Source: an uncultured Chloroflexia bacterium
GTDB lineage: Bacteria; Chloroflexota; Limnocylindria; Limnocylindrales; CSP1-4
Length of the DNA: 64,000 bases
Reading direction: 5' to 3'
Assembly (NCBI GenBank): GCA_963776385.1
Contig: CAVZME010000011.1
Span: 465,195-529,194 of the forward strand
The translations under genes and the position numbers were made by a program. The notes below the pieces were generated by a model. That model was not told the DNA's origin, did no database searches, and saw only the letters and a list, made by a program, of their open reading frames with translations. Shown in pieces: positions 41,663 through 49,099 of the stretch (the first letter of the stretch is position 1; each line of letters opens with the position of its first letter).

Positions 41663-41742
41663 GAGACTACTGCCCCGACCACTCGACCGGCGTGAAGCTG
41701 CGGGCCTACGTCGTGGTCACGCCGTTGCAGGACATGGACTGA
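41663..41742 (+). repeat. msrA 3'-end repeat, copy 3 (diverged, 3-codon deletion, no start codon)
   Basis: GAGACTACTGCCCCGACCACTCGACCGGCGTGAAGCTGCGGGCCTACGTCGTGGTCACGCCGTTGCAGGACATGGACTGA. Would encode DYCPDHSTGVKLRAYVVVTPLQDMD. Confidence 0.75.
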
Positions 41743-41848
41743 CCGGCGGTACACGCACCTGCCCTTGGACTAACCTGATGCGGCCGACCTGGAGACGGAT
41801 CAGTTTGGAGCCGGTCGACGACCCAAGCGTTGCGGAGGACCGACCCGG

Positions 41849-42274
41849 GTGATCGGAATCGATCGTTTCGTCGATGACTATCGGTCGGCGCTGGACGCGT
41901 TCTTCAGGGGAGACCCGGAGCCCGCCAAGCGGTTGTACTCCCATTCCGATGACGTGTGCCTGAACAACCCGTTCGGGCCTCCGGCGCACGGTTGGAGCCA
42001 GGTTGCTGAGGCCATGGAGCAGGCCGCTGCCAATTATCGGGACGGCCGAGGGCTCGGCTTCGATCGCGTTGCTGAGTATCTGACCGACGAACTGGCTTGC
42101 ATCGTCGAGGTGGAGCACTACGAGGCCAAGGTAGGCGGGAGCAGCGTCACTTCGACGATCGACTTGCGCGTTACCACGGTCCTTCGGCCGGAGGACGACT
42201 CATGGAAGATCGTTCACCGCCACGCGGATCCGATCACGTCGGCTCGATCGGCCAGCTCAGTCATCGAGCAGTAG
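41849..42274 (+). CDS. NTF2-like (SnoaL/ketosteroid-isomerase-like) protein
   Basis: About 140 aa with an alpha+beta cone-like hydrophobic pattern. SDDVCLNNPFGP. Tentative. Confidence 0.45.
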   Translation: MIGIDRFVDDYRSALDAFFRGDPEPAKRLYSHSDDVCLNNPFGPPAHGWSQVAEAMEQAAANYRDGRGLGFDRVAEYLTDELACIVEVEHYEAKVGGSSVTSTIDLRVTTVLRPEDDSWKIVHRHADPITSARSASSVIEQ

Positions 42275-42511
42275 CCTCACAGCCACGCGATAGCTCTTCC
42301 GCATCGGCGGTGCCACCGGAGGGAGGATCGATGAGGCAGGGGAACCCCGACGTCGCGATCGTCGTACTCGGCCAACGGGACGATGCGGCGCCTAGGCGAT
42401 ACGGGTCGACCGTTGGCCGAAAACGGCACGAAGACGACTGAGCATCCGGCCTCCATTCGCGACGGGCACCGGCTTGCCGACGATCCCCACCCGACGATCT
42501 TCGGCCTGAAC

Positions 42512-43537
42512 TCACGGCACGAGCACGGCTCGCCCGCGCACTGTCCGTGCGTGGAGCCTTTCGTACGCCCTCGAACCGTCTTCGAGGCTGAATTGCTCCG
42601 TCTCGACCGTGATCGCGCCGGACCGCGCGAGGTCGAGCAGCTCGTACAGCTCCGAGCGGGTCCCCCAGACGGGGCGGCGGACGTTGATCCCACTCGGGAG
42701 CGTGCCTGCGCCGACCGGGATCGCGCCTGGGCCGAGGCCGACCATGGCGATGTCGGACCATCGGCCGACCAGATTCGCTGCCAGGTCGGCGGCCTCCTGC
42801 AGTCCGACGAAGTTGAAGACCGCTTCCACGCCTCGGCCACCGGTAAGGTCGCGCACGGCCTGGATCGACGAAGGGTCGGATAGGAATGCGGCGTGAGCGC
42901 CGACATCACGAGCGAAGCCGAGCTTGTCCTCGCTGATGTCGAGCGCGACGACGAGGGCGGGCGAGAGAGCGCGCAGCAGCTGGATGGCAAGATGGCCGAG
43001 ACCGCCCACACCGATCACAACCGCCGTCGAGCCCGGGACAAGCTTGGGTAGCGACGGCTTGATCGCGTGGTAGGGCGTGAGTCCGGCGTCGGTGAGCGGG
43101 ACGGACCGGACCGGGTCGAGGTCTCCGAGCGGAACGAGGTGCCGCGCGCTTGGCACGAGCAGGTAGTCGGCCATGAACCCGGGAGCATCGATGCCGGGCC
43201 ACGGGACGCCTTCGCCGATGCAGTAGTTTTCGGCGCCTGCGGCGCATGCCCTGCAGGATCCACAGCCCCAGGCGCCGTAGACCGCGACCGGGTCGCCTTC
43301 CCTGATGCCGGTGACCTCGCTGCCGAGTCGCGCCACGATGCCAGCGCCCTCGTGCCCCAGCGTCAACGGCAACGGGGTCGTGAACTCCTCGGGCGCGAGG
43401 CTCATGAAGTACGCGTCCGAGTGGCAGACCCCTGCTGCGGTCGTCTTGATCAGGACTTCGCCCGGTCCCGGCTGCGGGATCGGCACCTCGCGGATCTCCG
43501 GAGGCCGCCCGAACGCCGTGTACTGCAGCGCCCGCAT
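42512..43537 (-). CDS. zinc-dependent alcohol dehydrogenase (MDR family)
   Basis: GVCHSD catalytic zinc motif, GHEGAG, Rossmann GVGGLGHLAIQ. Confidence 0.9.
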   Translation of the reverse strand: MRALQYTAFGRPPEIREVPIPQPGPGEVLIKTTAAGVCHSDAYFMSLAPEEFTTPLPLTLGHEGAGIVARLGSEVTGIREGDPVAVYGAWGCGSCRACAAGAENYCIGEGVPWPGIDAPGFMADYLLVPSARHLVPLGDLDPVRSVPLTDAGLTPYHAIKPSLPKLVPGSTAVVIGVGGLGHLAIQLLRALSPALVVALDISEDKLGFARDVGAHAAFLSDPSSIQAVRDLTGGRGVEAVFNFVGLQEAADLAANLVGRWSDIAMVGLGPGAIPVGAGTLPSGINVRRPVWGTRSELYELLDLARSGAITVETEQFSLEDGSRAYERLHARTVRGRAVLVP

Positions 43538-43780
43538 TCGCCTTCTCCTCTCTACCGACCGATCGGAGCGTACACGCCTCGATCGATCAATACTCGCCAC
43601 CCATCACGCATAAGTCCCTTCGAATGGGGACGACGACGAAGACCCTTGAACTGCCTTCGGACGCCCTTGCTTGGCTCCGACAGCCGGAAGCGACGAAGCC
43701 GTGAACGACAGCGATACGGCAGTCCGCTGACCTGTCTCAGAACCCCGCGGCTCCGGCCCGAACCCCGCCACCGGCTCAAG

Positions 43781-43930
43781 ATGCCGGACTTCTTCGTCGT
43801 CTTTCCAGTGGTCGTCCGTCGACTGGCCATAACCCGCATAGAGAACCCGCGCGGCTACTGCCTGAACCACGCGACCGGCGTGAAGCTGCCGGACGACTTC
43901 GTGGTCACGCCGATGCAGTACGTGGACTGA
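43781..43930 (+). CDS. 49-aa peptide with MsrA-tail homology ([49 protein letters not shown])
   Basis: Own ATG. The N-terminal part looks like a partial internal duplication of the same repeat (PDFFVV vs PDDFVV). The C-terminal 29 aa match the MsrA tail. Confidence 0.4.
   Translation: MPDFFVVFPVVVRRLAITRIENPRGYCLNHATGVKLPDDFVVTPMQYVD
43841..43930 (+). repeat. msrA 3'-end repeat, copy 4
   Basis: GAGAACCCGCGCGGCTACTGCCTGAACCACGCGACCGGCGTGAAGCTGCCGGACGACTTCGTGGTCACGCCGATGCAGTACGTGGACTGA. Confidence 0.85.
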
Positions 43931-43951
43931 CCGGTGACGCCATCACAGCAG

Positions 43952-43987
43952 AAGAGCCGGTCCGGCAGTATCCGGCCCGGCTCTTCA
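43952..43987. terminator. hairpin between convergent genes (GAAGAGCCGG-16 nt-CCGGCTCTTC)
   Basis: 10-bp perfect stem just after repeat copy 4 and before the minus-strand 53-aa gene. The loop itself contains a CCGG..CCGG sub-hairpin. Confidence 0.4.
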
Positions 43988-44042
43988 TATCCGTCCTCGG
44001 CCTGAGGCTTAGGTCGAGCGCACCAAGTACCTCAGATCGGGA

Positions 44043-44203
44043 CCGTGACCACGGCCGACGCGATCGTGGTCGCAACAGCTGCGGCGAGGATCTTCTTTCG
44101 CTTGTCCTCGTCTTTCACCCATTCGACGACGACTTCGGCTGCCGCCTTCGCCTGTTCCTCCGACAGTCCCGCCCGATCAACCAATTCCTTGATGAGGTCG
44201 TCC
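44043..44203 (-). CDS. small protein (53 aa) with strong RBS
   Basis: MDDLIKELVDRAGLSEEQAKAAAEVVVEWVKDEDKRKKILAAAVATTIASAVVTVPI. GAGAGGAAAGG lies 6 nt upstream of the ATG. Not in the ORF track (below 60 aa). Confidence 0.45.
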
Positions 44204-44388
44204 ATCTCACGCCTTTCCTCTCATCGACGTCGCCGAAAACCGATGCGGCCTTGTTCTACCGCTCCTGACCTGGCTTCGCCAGAGTCGATCGGCCTTGATT
44301 CCCAGGGACTCAGAACGACGTCGGACTGACGCCGCTGGAGTAGGTCGGGCGCGATCCCGCCCGTTACGATGACGCCGGAGGTGACCCG

Positions 44389-44976
44389 ATGACCGACCCG
44401 ATCGCCGACATCATCGGCGACTACCGCGCGTTCACGGCGCTGCAGCGCGACCGCCTCGCCGCACGCGGCATCGACATCGCGCCGTACGAGCTGAGCCACC
44501 TGGCGTTCCGCGTCCCCGAGTGGGACCAGTACGTCCACCTCCGGACGATCCTCGAGCGGCACGCAGCCGCCAACCGCGAGAACGTCTGGAACGGACGGCC
44601 GATCTCCCTGATCATCCTCGCCGAGCCGCTCCGCGTCCTCGACGGCCAGGTCATCCCGATCATCGAGCTCATCCCGCCCGTCCACCAGCGGGTCTACAAG
44701 ATGGGGATGGAGCATTTCGGCGTGGTCGTCGGTGAGGAGGTCGACGCCTTCTCCCGCCGGCACCGGGCAGCCCTGACCGGCCAGCAGTTCCAGAGCGCGG
44801 CGAACGAGCCGTATTACGTCCTGTTCGAGGACTTCACCCACGTGAAGTTCCACCGCCGCTCGCTGCGCGCGGCGGTCGAGATGGAGGGCCGGACGTTCGA
44901 CGGCATCCACCACGTCGACGACTGGGTCCCGCAGCGGCTGGTCACCGCGACCGGCCCGAACCCCCTGCCCCGGTGA
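44389..44976 (+). CDS. YecM-like/VOC-fold protein (tentative)
   Basis: 195 aa. YELSHLAFRVPEWDQYVHLRTILERH and FEDFTHVKFH resemble glyoxalase-fold metal-binding sites. Confidence 0.4.
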   Translation: MTDPIADIIGDYRAFTALQRDRLAARGIDIAPYELSHLAFRVPEWDQYVHLRTILERHAAANRENVWNGRPISLIILAEPLRVLDGQVIPIIELIPPVHQRVYKMGMEHFGVVVGEEVDAFSRRHRAALTGQQFQSAANEPYYVLFEDFTHVKFHRRSLRAAVEMEGRTFDGIHHVDDWVPQRLVTATGPNPLPR

Positions 44977-45163
44977 ACCCGCCAGTGACGTCGCCGGGTA
45001 CCTCGACCTGGCCGGGCGCGTCGTCGTCGGTGGCGGCCGCGATGACCTAGCCCGCTGTACGTTGCCCCGCGGCGCATGCTTGAGCGAGGATGTGCCAAGC
45101 GTCCCAGGGTGCGAGAGGATGACCGTCGCCGTCCTTCGCGCCGATGACCGCCCGGAGGGCCGA

Positions 45164-45634
45164 TGGCTGCATCACTGCTCGTTCGTCCCGACGCGGACGA
45201 GACCGGCTTCGCGAACAATGCTGGAGTCCGCATCGCGTGGCGCTGTTACGGGAACGGTCCCGAGACCATCCTCTTCATCCCGACATGGAACTTCGTTGAC
45301 TAACGCGTCCTGCGTCATCAGGTGGATGGGCTTCGGGACGGAGCCGAAACCTCCGGCCTCCGCCGGGCTGGCATCCGAATGGCCGAACCCTGAGGACATC
45401 TCGCAAGACGACCTCGAACGGATGTGGGCCGAGATCGCGACCGAGTTCGGGGACGACGCGGTGCGGACGCTGAACACTACGGTCAGTGGGCCTCTGCCGG
45501 CCGAGGTCATCGAGGCGTTGCGGGCATCCAGCACACCCGGCGCAGCGAGCGCCAATGACTTCGTCGCGTCCCACGAGTACCTGCGCAGGCTCGTTGGGGA
45601 TCGGCGACCGCGCCGTCGGACCGCGGAGCGCTGA
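45164..45634 (+). pseudogene. alpha/beta-hydrolase remnant (N-terminal 45 aa, in-frame TAA, then an out-of-frame C-terminal segment)
   Basis: MAASLLVRPDADETGFANNAGVRIAWRCYGNGPETILFIPTWNFVD* resembles the start of an alpha/beta hydrolase. The locus is too short (about 470 bp) for a full enzyme. Confidence 0.35.
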
Positions 45635-45666
45635 TCCGTCAGGGGGTCCGTGAGGGCTGAGCGGGC

Positions 45667-47325
45667 TCAGGACGGGGTCGACGCCGCCCGGCGCTGGCTG
45701 CGGTCCTCGTGGACCTGGCGGATGGCGGTCGACCCGTCGCCGACGGCCGCTGCCACACGCTTCACGGGGTTGCTGCGGACGTCACCTGCCGCAAAGACAC
45801 CCGGCATGGTCGTGGCGAGCCCGAGTCCGTCGCTGGGGTCTGGCCGTTGTTCACCCGTGAGGATGTACCCGCGATCGTCGCAGGCGACCTCCGGCGGGAG
45901 CCACGAGGTCCGAGGGGCCGCCCCGATGAGGATGAACACCGCGGCCGCTGCAACCTCCTCTGTCGCGTCCGTTGCCCGATCGCGCAGGCTGAGGCCCGCC
46001 AGCCGATGGTCACCGCGGACATCGACGATCTCCGTGTTCAACCGGACATCGATGTTCTCCGCGTTGGCGATCTCGCGGACCAAGTAGTCCGACATGGTCT
46101 CCTCGATCGATCCACCGCGGACGAGCAAGGTGACCTGTGCCGCGTACCGGGCAAGGTGCATCGCGGCGGATCCGGCCGAATTCGCGCCTCCGACGACGTA
46201 GACGCGCTCTCCCTGGATCGCGCGCGCCTCACTCGTCCCCGAGCCGTAGAAGACGCCCCGACCGACGAGGGCCTCCAGGCGGTCGATGCCCATCCGCCGA
46301 TACGAGACCCCTGTTGCGACGACGACGGCCCCCGTCCTGAGCTCGGACGCATCGTCGAGCGTCACGACGAGGTCGTCGGCGTCGCGCCGCAGGGCGATCG
46401 CGGAGCGGCCGAACACGAACTTCGCGCCGAACGTGAGGGCCTGCTGGAGTGCCCGGGCAGTCAGCTCGGCACCGGTGACCCCGGCCGGGAAGCCGAGGTA
46501 GTTCCGGAGCATCGGGCTCGAGCTCGCCTGGCCGCCGATACTGGTCGATTCGATGACCGTCACCGTCAGGCCTTCGGATGCGCCGTAGACCGCTGCCGCG
46601 AGTCCGGCCGGACCGCCGCCGATGACGGCGACGTCGACTCGGCCCTCGCCCACCGATGCCTGGACGCCCAGGGCGGCCGCGATCTCGGATTGGCCGGGTC
46701 GCGCCAGGGCTCGACCATCGCGCAGGATGACGACCGGCAGGGGGCCGTCGATCCCTGCCTCCTCCAGCAGGGCCCGGCCTTCGGGAGACTGGGCGTCGCG
46801 GAAGGCGAACGGCAGGAGCAGCCGCGCGAAAACGTCCCGAAGTTCGCCGGCCGCCGAATCCCAGGGATCGCCCACGATCGTGAGGGCGACCCCGGCTCGA
46901 TCCGTCTCGTGCGTCCATCGCGCGAGCGACGCGGTCAACACGGTGTGGAACTCCTCGTCGGCGCGCCCGAACGGATGGGCCAGCCACGTGTCGATCTCGC
47001 CGACGGTCATCGCCTGGACGGTGGCATCGACCGCGGTGAAATCGGCCCAGTCGGTGAGCAGGACCCGTTGGGAGGTGGGGAACAACGGCCGAGACCGGGC
47101 AAGCAGCGAGGCACCCGTCTCCTCCGCCATCCAGTGGTCGGCGAGGATCAGTGCGACCGGCCGCCCGGCCCGGTGCAGATCCTCCAGTCGTCGCATCGCG
47201 TCGGCAGCGGACGACTCGGCGGTGACGTCATAGTCGTGACCGTACCGACGGTCGACCGTCTCGAGGAGGAGCGAACGCGACGTGTCGTCGTCGTCCACGA
47301 GGAGGATGACGGGAAGCTCTGACAT
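45667..47325 (-). CDS. receiver (REC)-like domain fused to a thioredoxin-reductase-like FAD/NAD(P) oxidoreductase
   Basis: N-term VILLVDDDDTSRSLL...ALILADHWM (receiver-like acidic pocket). C-term VAVIGGGPAGLAAAVY, GGANSAGSAAMHL (two Rossmann GxGxxG/A motifs), GVFAAGDV. Confidence 0.75.
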   Translation of the reverse strand: MSELPVILLVDDDDTSRSLLLETVDRRYGHDYDVTAESSAADAMRRLEDLHRAGRPVALILADHWMAEETGASLLARSRPLFPTSQRVLLTDWADFTAVDATVQAMTVGEIDTWLAHPFGRADEEFHTVLTASLARWTHETDRAGVALTIVGDPWDSAAGELRDVFARLLLPFAFRDAQSPEGRALLEEAGIDGPLPVVILRDGRALARPGQSEIAAALGVQASVGEGRVDVAVIGGGPAGLAAAVYGASEGLTVTVIESTSIGGQASSSPMLRNYLGFPAGVTGAELTARALQQALTFGAKFVFGRSAIALRRDADDLVVTLDDASELRTGAVVVATGVSYRRMGIDRLEALVGRGVFYGSGTSEARAIQGERVYVVGGANSAGSAAMHLARYAAQVTLLVRGGSIEETMSDYLVREIANAENIDVRLNTEIVDVRGDHRLAGLSLRDRATDATEEVAAAAVFILIGAAPRTSWLPPEVACDDRGYILTGEQRPDPSDGLGLATTMPGVFAAGDVRSNPVKRVAAAVGDGSTAIRQVHEDRSQRRAASTPS

Positions 47326-47453
47326 GGCCCGTATCGTATCCAACCAGAGCGACGTTTCCGTGGACCTCCGCACGCTTGTGCCGAGGCGATACGCTGGTCG
47401 ACTGGCAGCGCCACGGGCCTCCCGCCGTGGGCGCCGAAAGGAGGAACACCACG

Positions 47454-47849
47454 ATGGCCGAGCACCCGAACGTAGCCTTCGTCCGCCGCGCGATGCAGGC
47501 GATGAACGAGATGGACATGTCGAAGGCCGAGGAGGAGATGGCGGTCGTCGATGCCTTCATGGCCGACGACATCGTCTGGCACGAGATCGGCCGCGCCGAG
47601 CCGCGCCGCGGCAAGGACGAGCTGCGCGCGTCGATGTCCGAGTTCAGCGACACGACGATCAAGTACGACCTTCACGACGTCGTCGCGAACGACGACCACG
47701 CGATCGCCCTCGGCACGGCGACTGCCACGCGGAACGGCAAGACGCTCGAATACCGGACCGCCGAGATCTTCCACATCCGCGATGGCCGGGCGACCGAGCG
47801 CTGGGCCTTCTCGGACGACACGGCAGCGATCATCGCCTTCTTCTCCTAG
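47454..47849 (+). CDS. SnoaL-like (NTF2 superfamily) protein
   Basis: RBS AAGGAGG. 131 aa with FVRRAMQAMNEMD...DDIVWHEIG...ERWAFSDD pattern. Confidence 0.7.
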   Translation: MAEHPNVAFVRRAMQAMNEMDMSKAEEEMAVVDAFMADDIVWHEIGRAEPRRGKDELRASMSEFSDTTIKYDLHDVVANDDHAIALGTATATRNGKTLEYRTAEIFHIRDGRATERWAFSDDTAAIIAFFS

Positions 47850-47875
47850 ACCCGGGCGTGCTTCGGAGGCAGACG

Positions 47876-48259
47876 ATGCTGAGTGACCATCTGGTGTTCC
47901 CGATCCTTCTCTCGACCGACCTCGATGCCAGTCGGAGCTTCTATCACGACGTCCTCGGGCTGGAGATCCTGCGCGAGGACGAAGGCGATCGGATCGTCTT
48001 CCGATGCGGTGGAGGGACCCAGCTGGTCGTGACGAGCAGCACGATCGGCACGTCGGATAGCCAGACGCAGATGGCCTGGCGGGTGCCGGACATCCGCGCC
48101 GCCATCGACGACCTCCGGGCGCGCGGCGTCCAGATCGAGGAGTACGAGGCGCCCGACCCGGTGACGACCGACGGCGTCGCCGACATGGGCCACTCCTGGG
48201 CCGCCTGGTTCGTGGATCCGAGCCGAAACGTCCTGTCGGTGGTCCAGCCGAAGGGTTGA
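47876..48259 (+). CDS. VOC (glyoxalase/bleomycin-resistance) family protein
   Basis: HLVFPILLSTDLDASRSFYHDVLGLEI...WFVDPSRNVLSVVQ. Confidence 0.75.
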   Translation: MLSDHLVFPILLSTDLDASRSFYHDVLGLEILREDEGDRIVFRCGGGTQLVVTSSTIGTSDSQTQMAWRVPDIRAAIDDLRARGVQIEEYEAPDPVTTDGVADMGHSWAAWFVDPSRNVLSVVQPKG

Positions 48260-48262
48260 GCC

Positions 48263-49021
48263 CTAGACCATGCCGCGAGCGGCCCAGGCGAGAGCGGTGA
48301 CGATGAACGGCCCCTCGCCGAGCCTGGCCAGGCACAGCTCCCGGAGATCTGCCTGACGCTCCGGGTCAAGGCCTGCAACGAACGATCCAGCGGGGCCGAC
48401 CCCACCGGTGAACGGCTCCCACCACGCATCGAACGTCGGGTGCTCGAGGCTCACAGATAGGGTCGCATCCTGGATCTCGCGGAGGCCGGCGAGCGTGAAC
48501 AACTCGACCAGGTGGCCCTCGCGGACGCCCGGGAGGCGTGATTCGTCGTCGACGTCGGGAACCAGCTGACGTGCCGCCGCCCAGAAGACCGCAAGAGGGC
48601 CATGCAGACCGCCGTGATCCCAGACGCATGCCGCGACGACCCCGCTGCTGCGGGTCACGCGGGCCATCTCGGTCAAGCCGGCGACGGGGTCCGGCATGAA
48701 GTGGACGACGAGCTGGGCGAGGGTCGCGTCGAAGGCTCCGTCGGCGAACGGCAGACTGTCCGCGAACGCCAGATGTGCCTCCAGCCCGGGGTTCCGCGCC
48801 TGAACGGCCGCGACGAACGATGCAGATGGATCGACGGCCGCCACGTTCGCGACCCCGACTCGACCGATCACCTCGGCCGTGAGGGCGCCCGGACCGGAGC
48901 CGACATCGAGGACGCGCTGGCCTGCCCGCACTCCGGCGAGATCCGCGAGTTGACCCGAAAGCAGCACCGAGTACCGACCCATGAAGTCGTCGTACGCCTC
49001 GGCCGCGACATCGAAGCCCAT
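48263..49021 (-). CDS. class I SAM-dependent methyltransferase
   Basis: Motif I VLDVGSGPGALT. Acidic loop AAVDPS. Post-I FDATLAQLVVHFM. Confidence 0.8.
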   Translation of the reverse strand: MGFDVAAEAYDDFMGRYSVLLSGQLADLAGVRAGQRVLDVGSGPGALTAEVIGRVGVANVAAVDPSASFVAAVQARNPGLEAHLAFADSLPFADGAFDATLAQLVVHFMPDPVAGLTEMARVTRSSGVVAACVWDHGGLHGPLAVFWAAARQLVPDVDDESRLPGVREGHLVELFTLAGLREIQDATLSVSLEHPTFDAWWEPFTGGVGPAGSFVAGLDPERQADLRELCLARLGEGPFIVTALAWAARGMV

Positions 49022-49099
49022 GCGGCCGAATCTACGCCGGTCGCTGCCGCCGGTGGGCGATGTGCCGTCGCCCTCGCGGTCGCCCACGCCACCAAGCGC

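Noticed and set aside
40596-43990. CRISPR array or integron attC array as the explanation for the msrA-tail repeats
   Set aside because: The repeats are 80-90 bp coding sequence ending in a stop codon. The spacers are whole genes of unequal length (0.3-2.2 kb). No cas or intI gene is present and no convincing R''/L''-L'/R' core sites were found. It was kept only as a cassette-like analogy.
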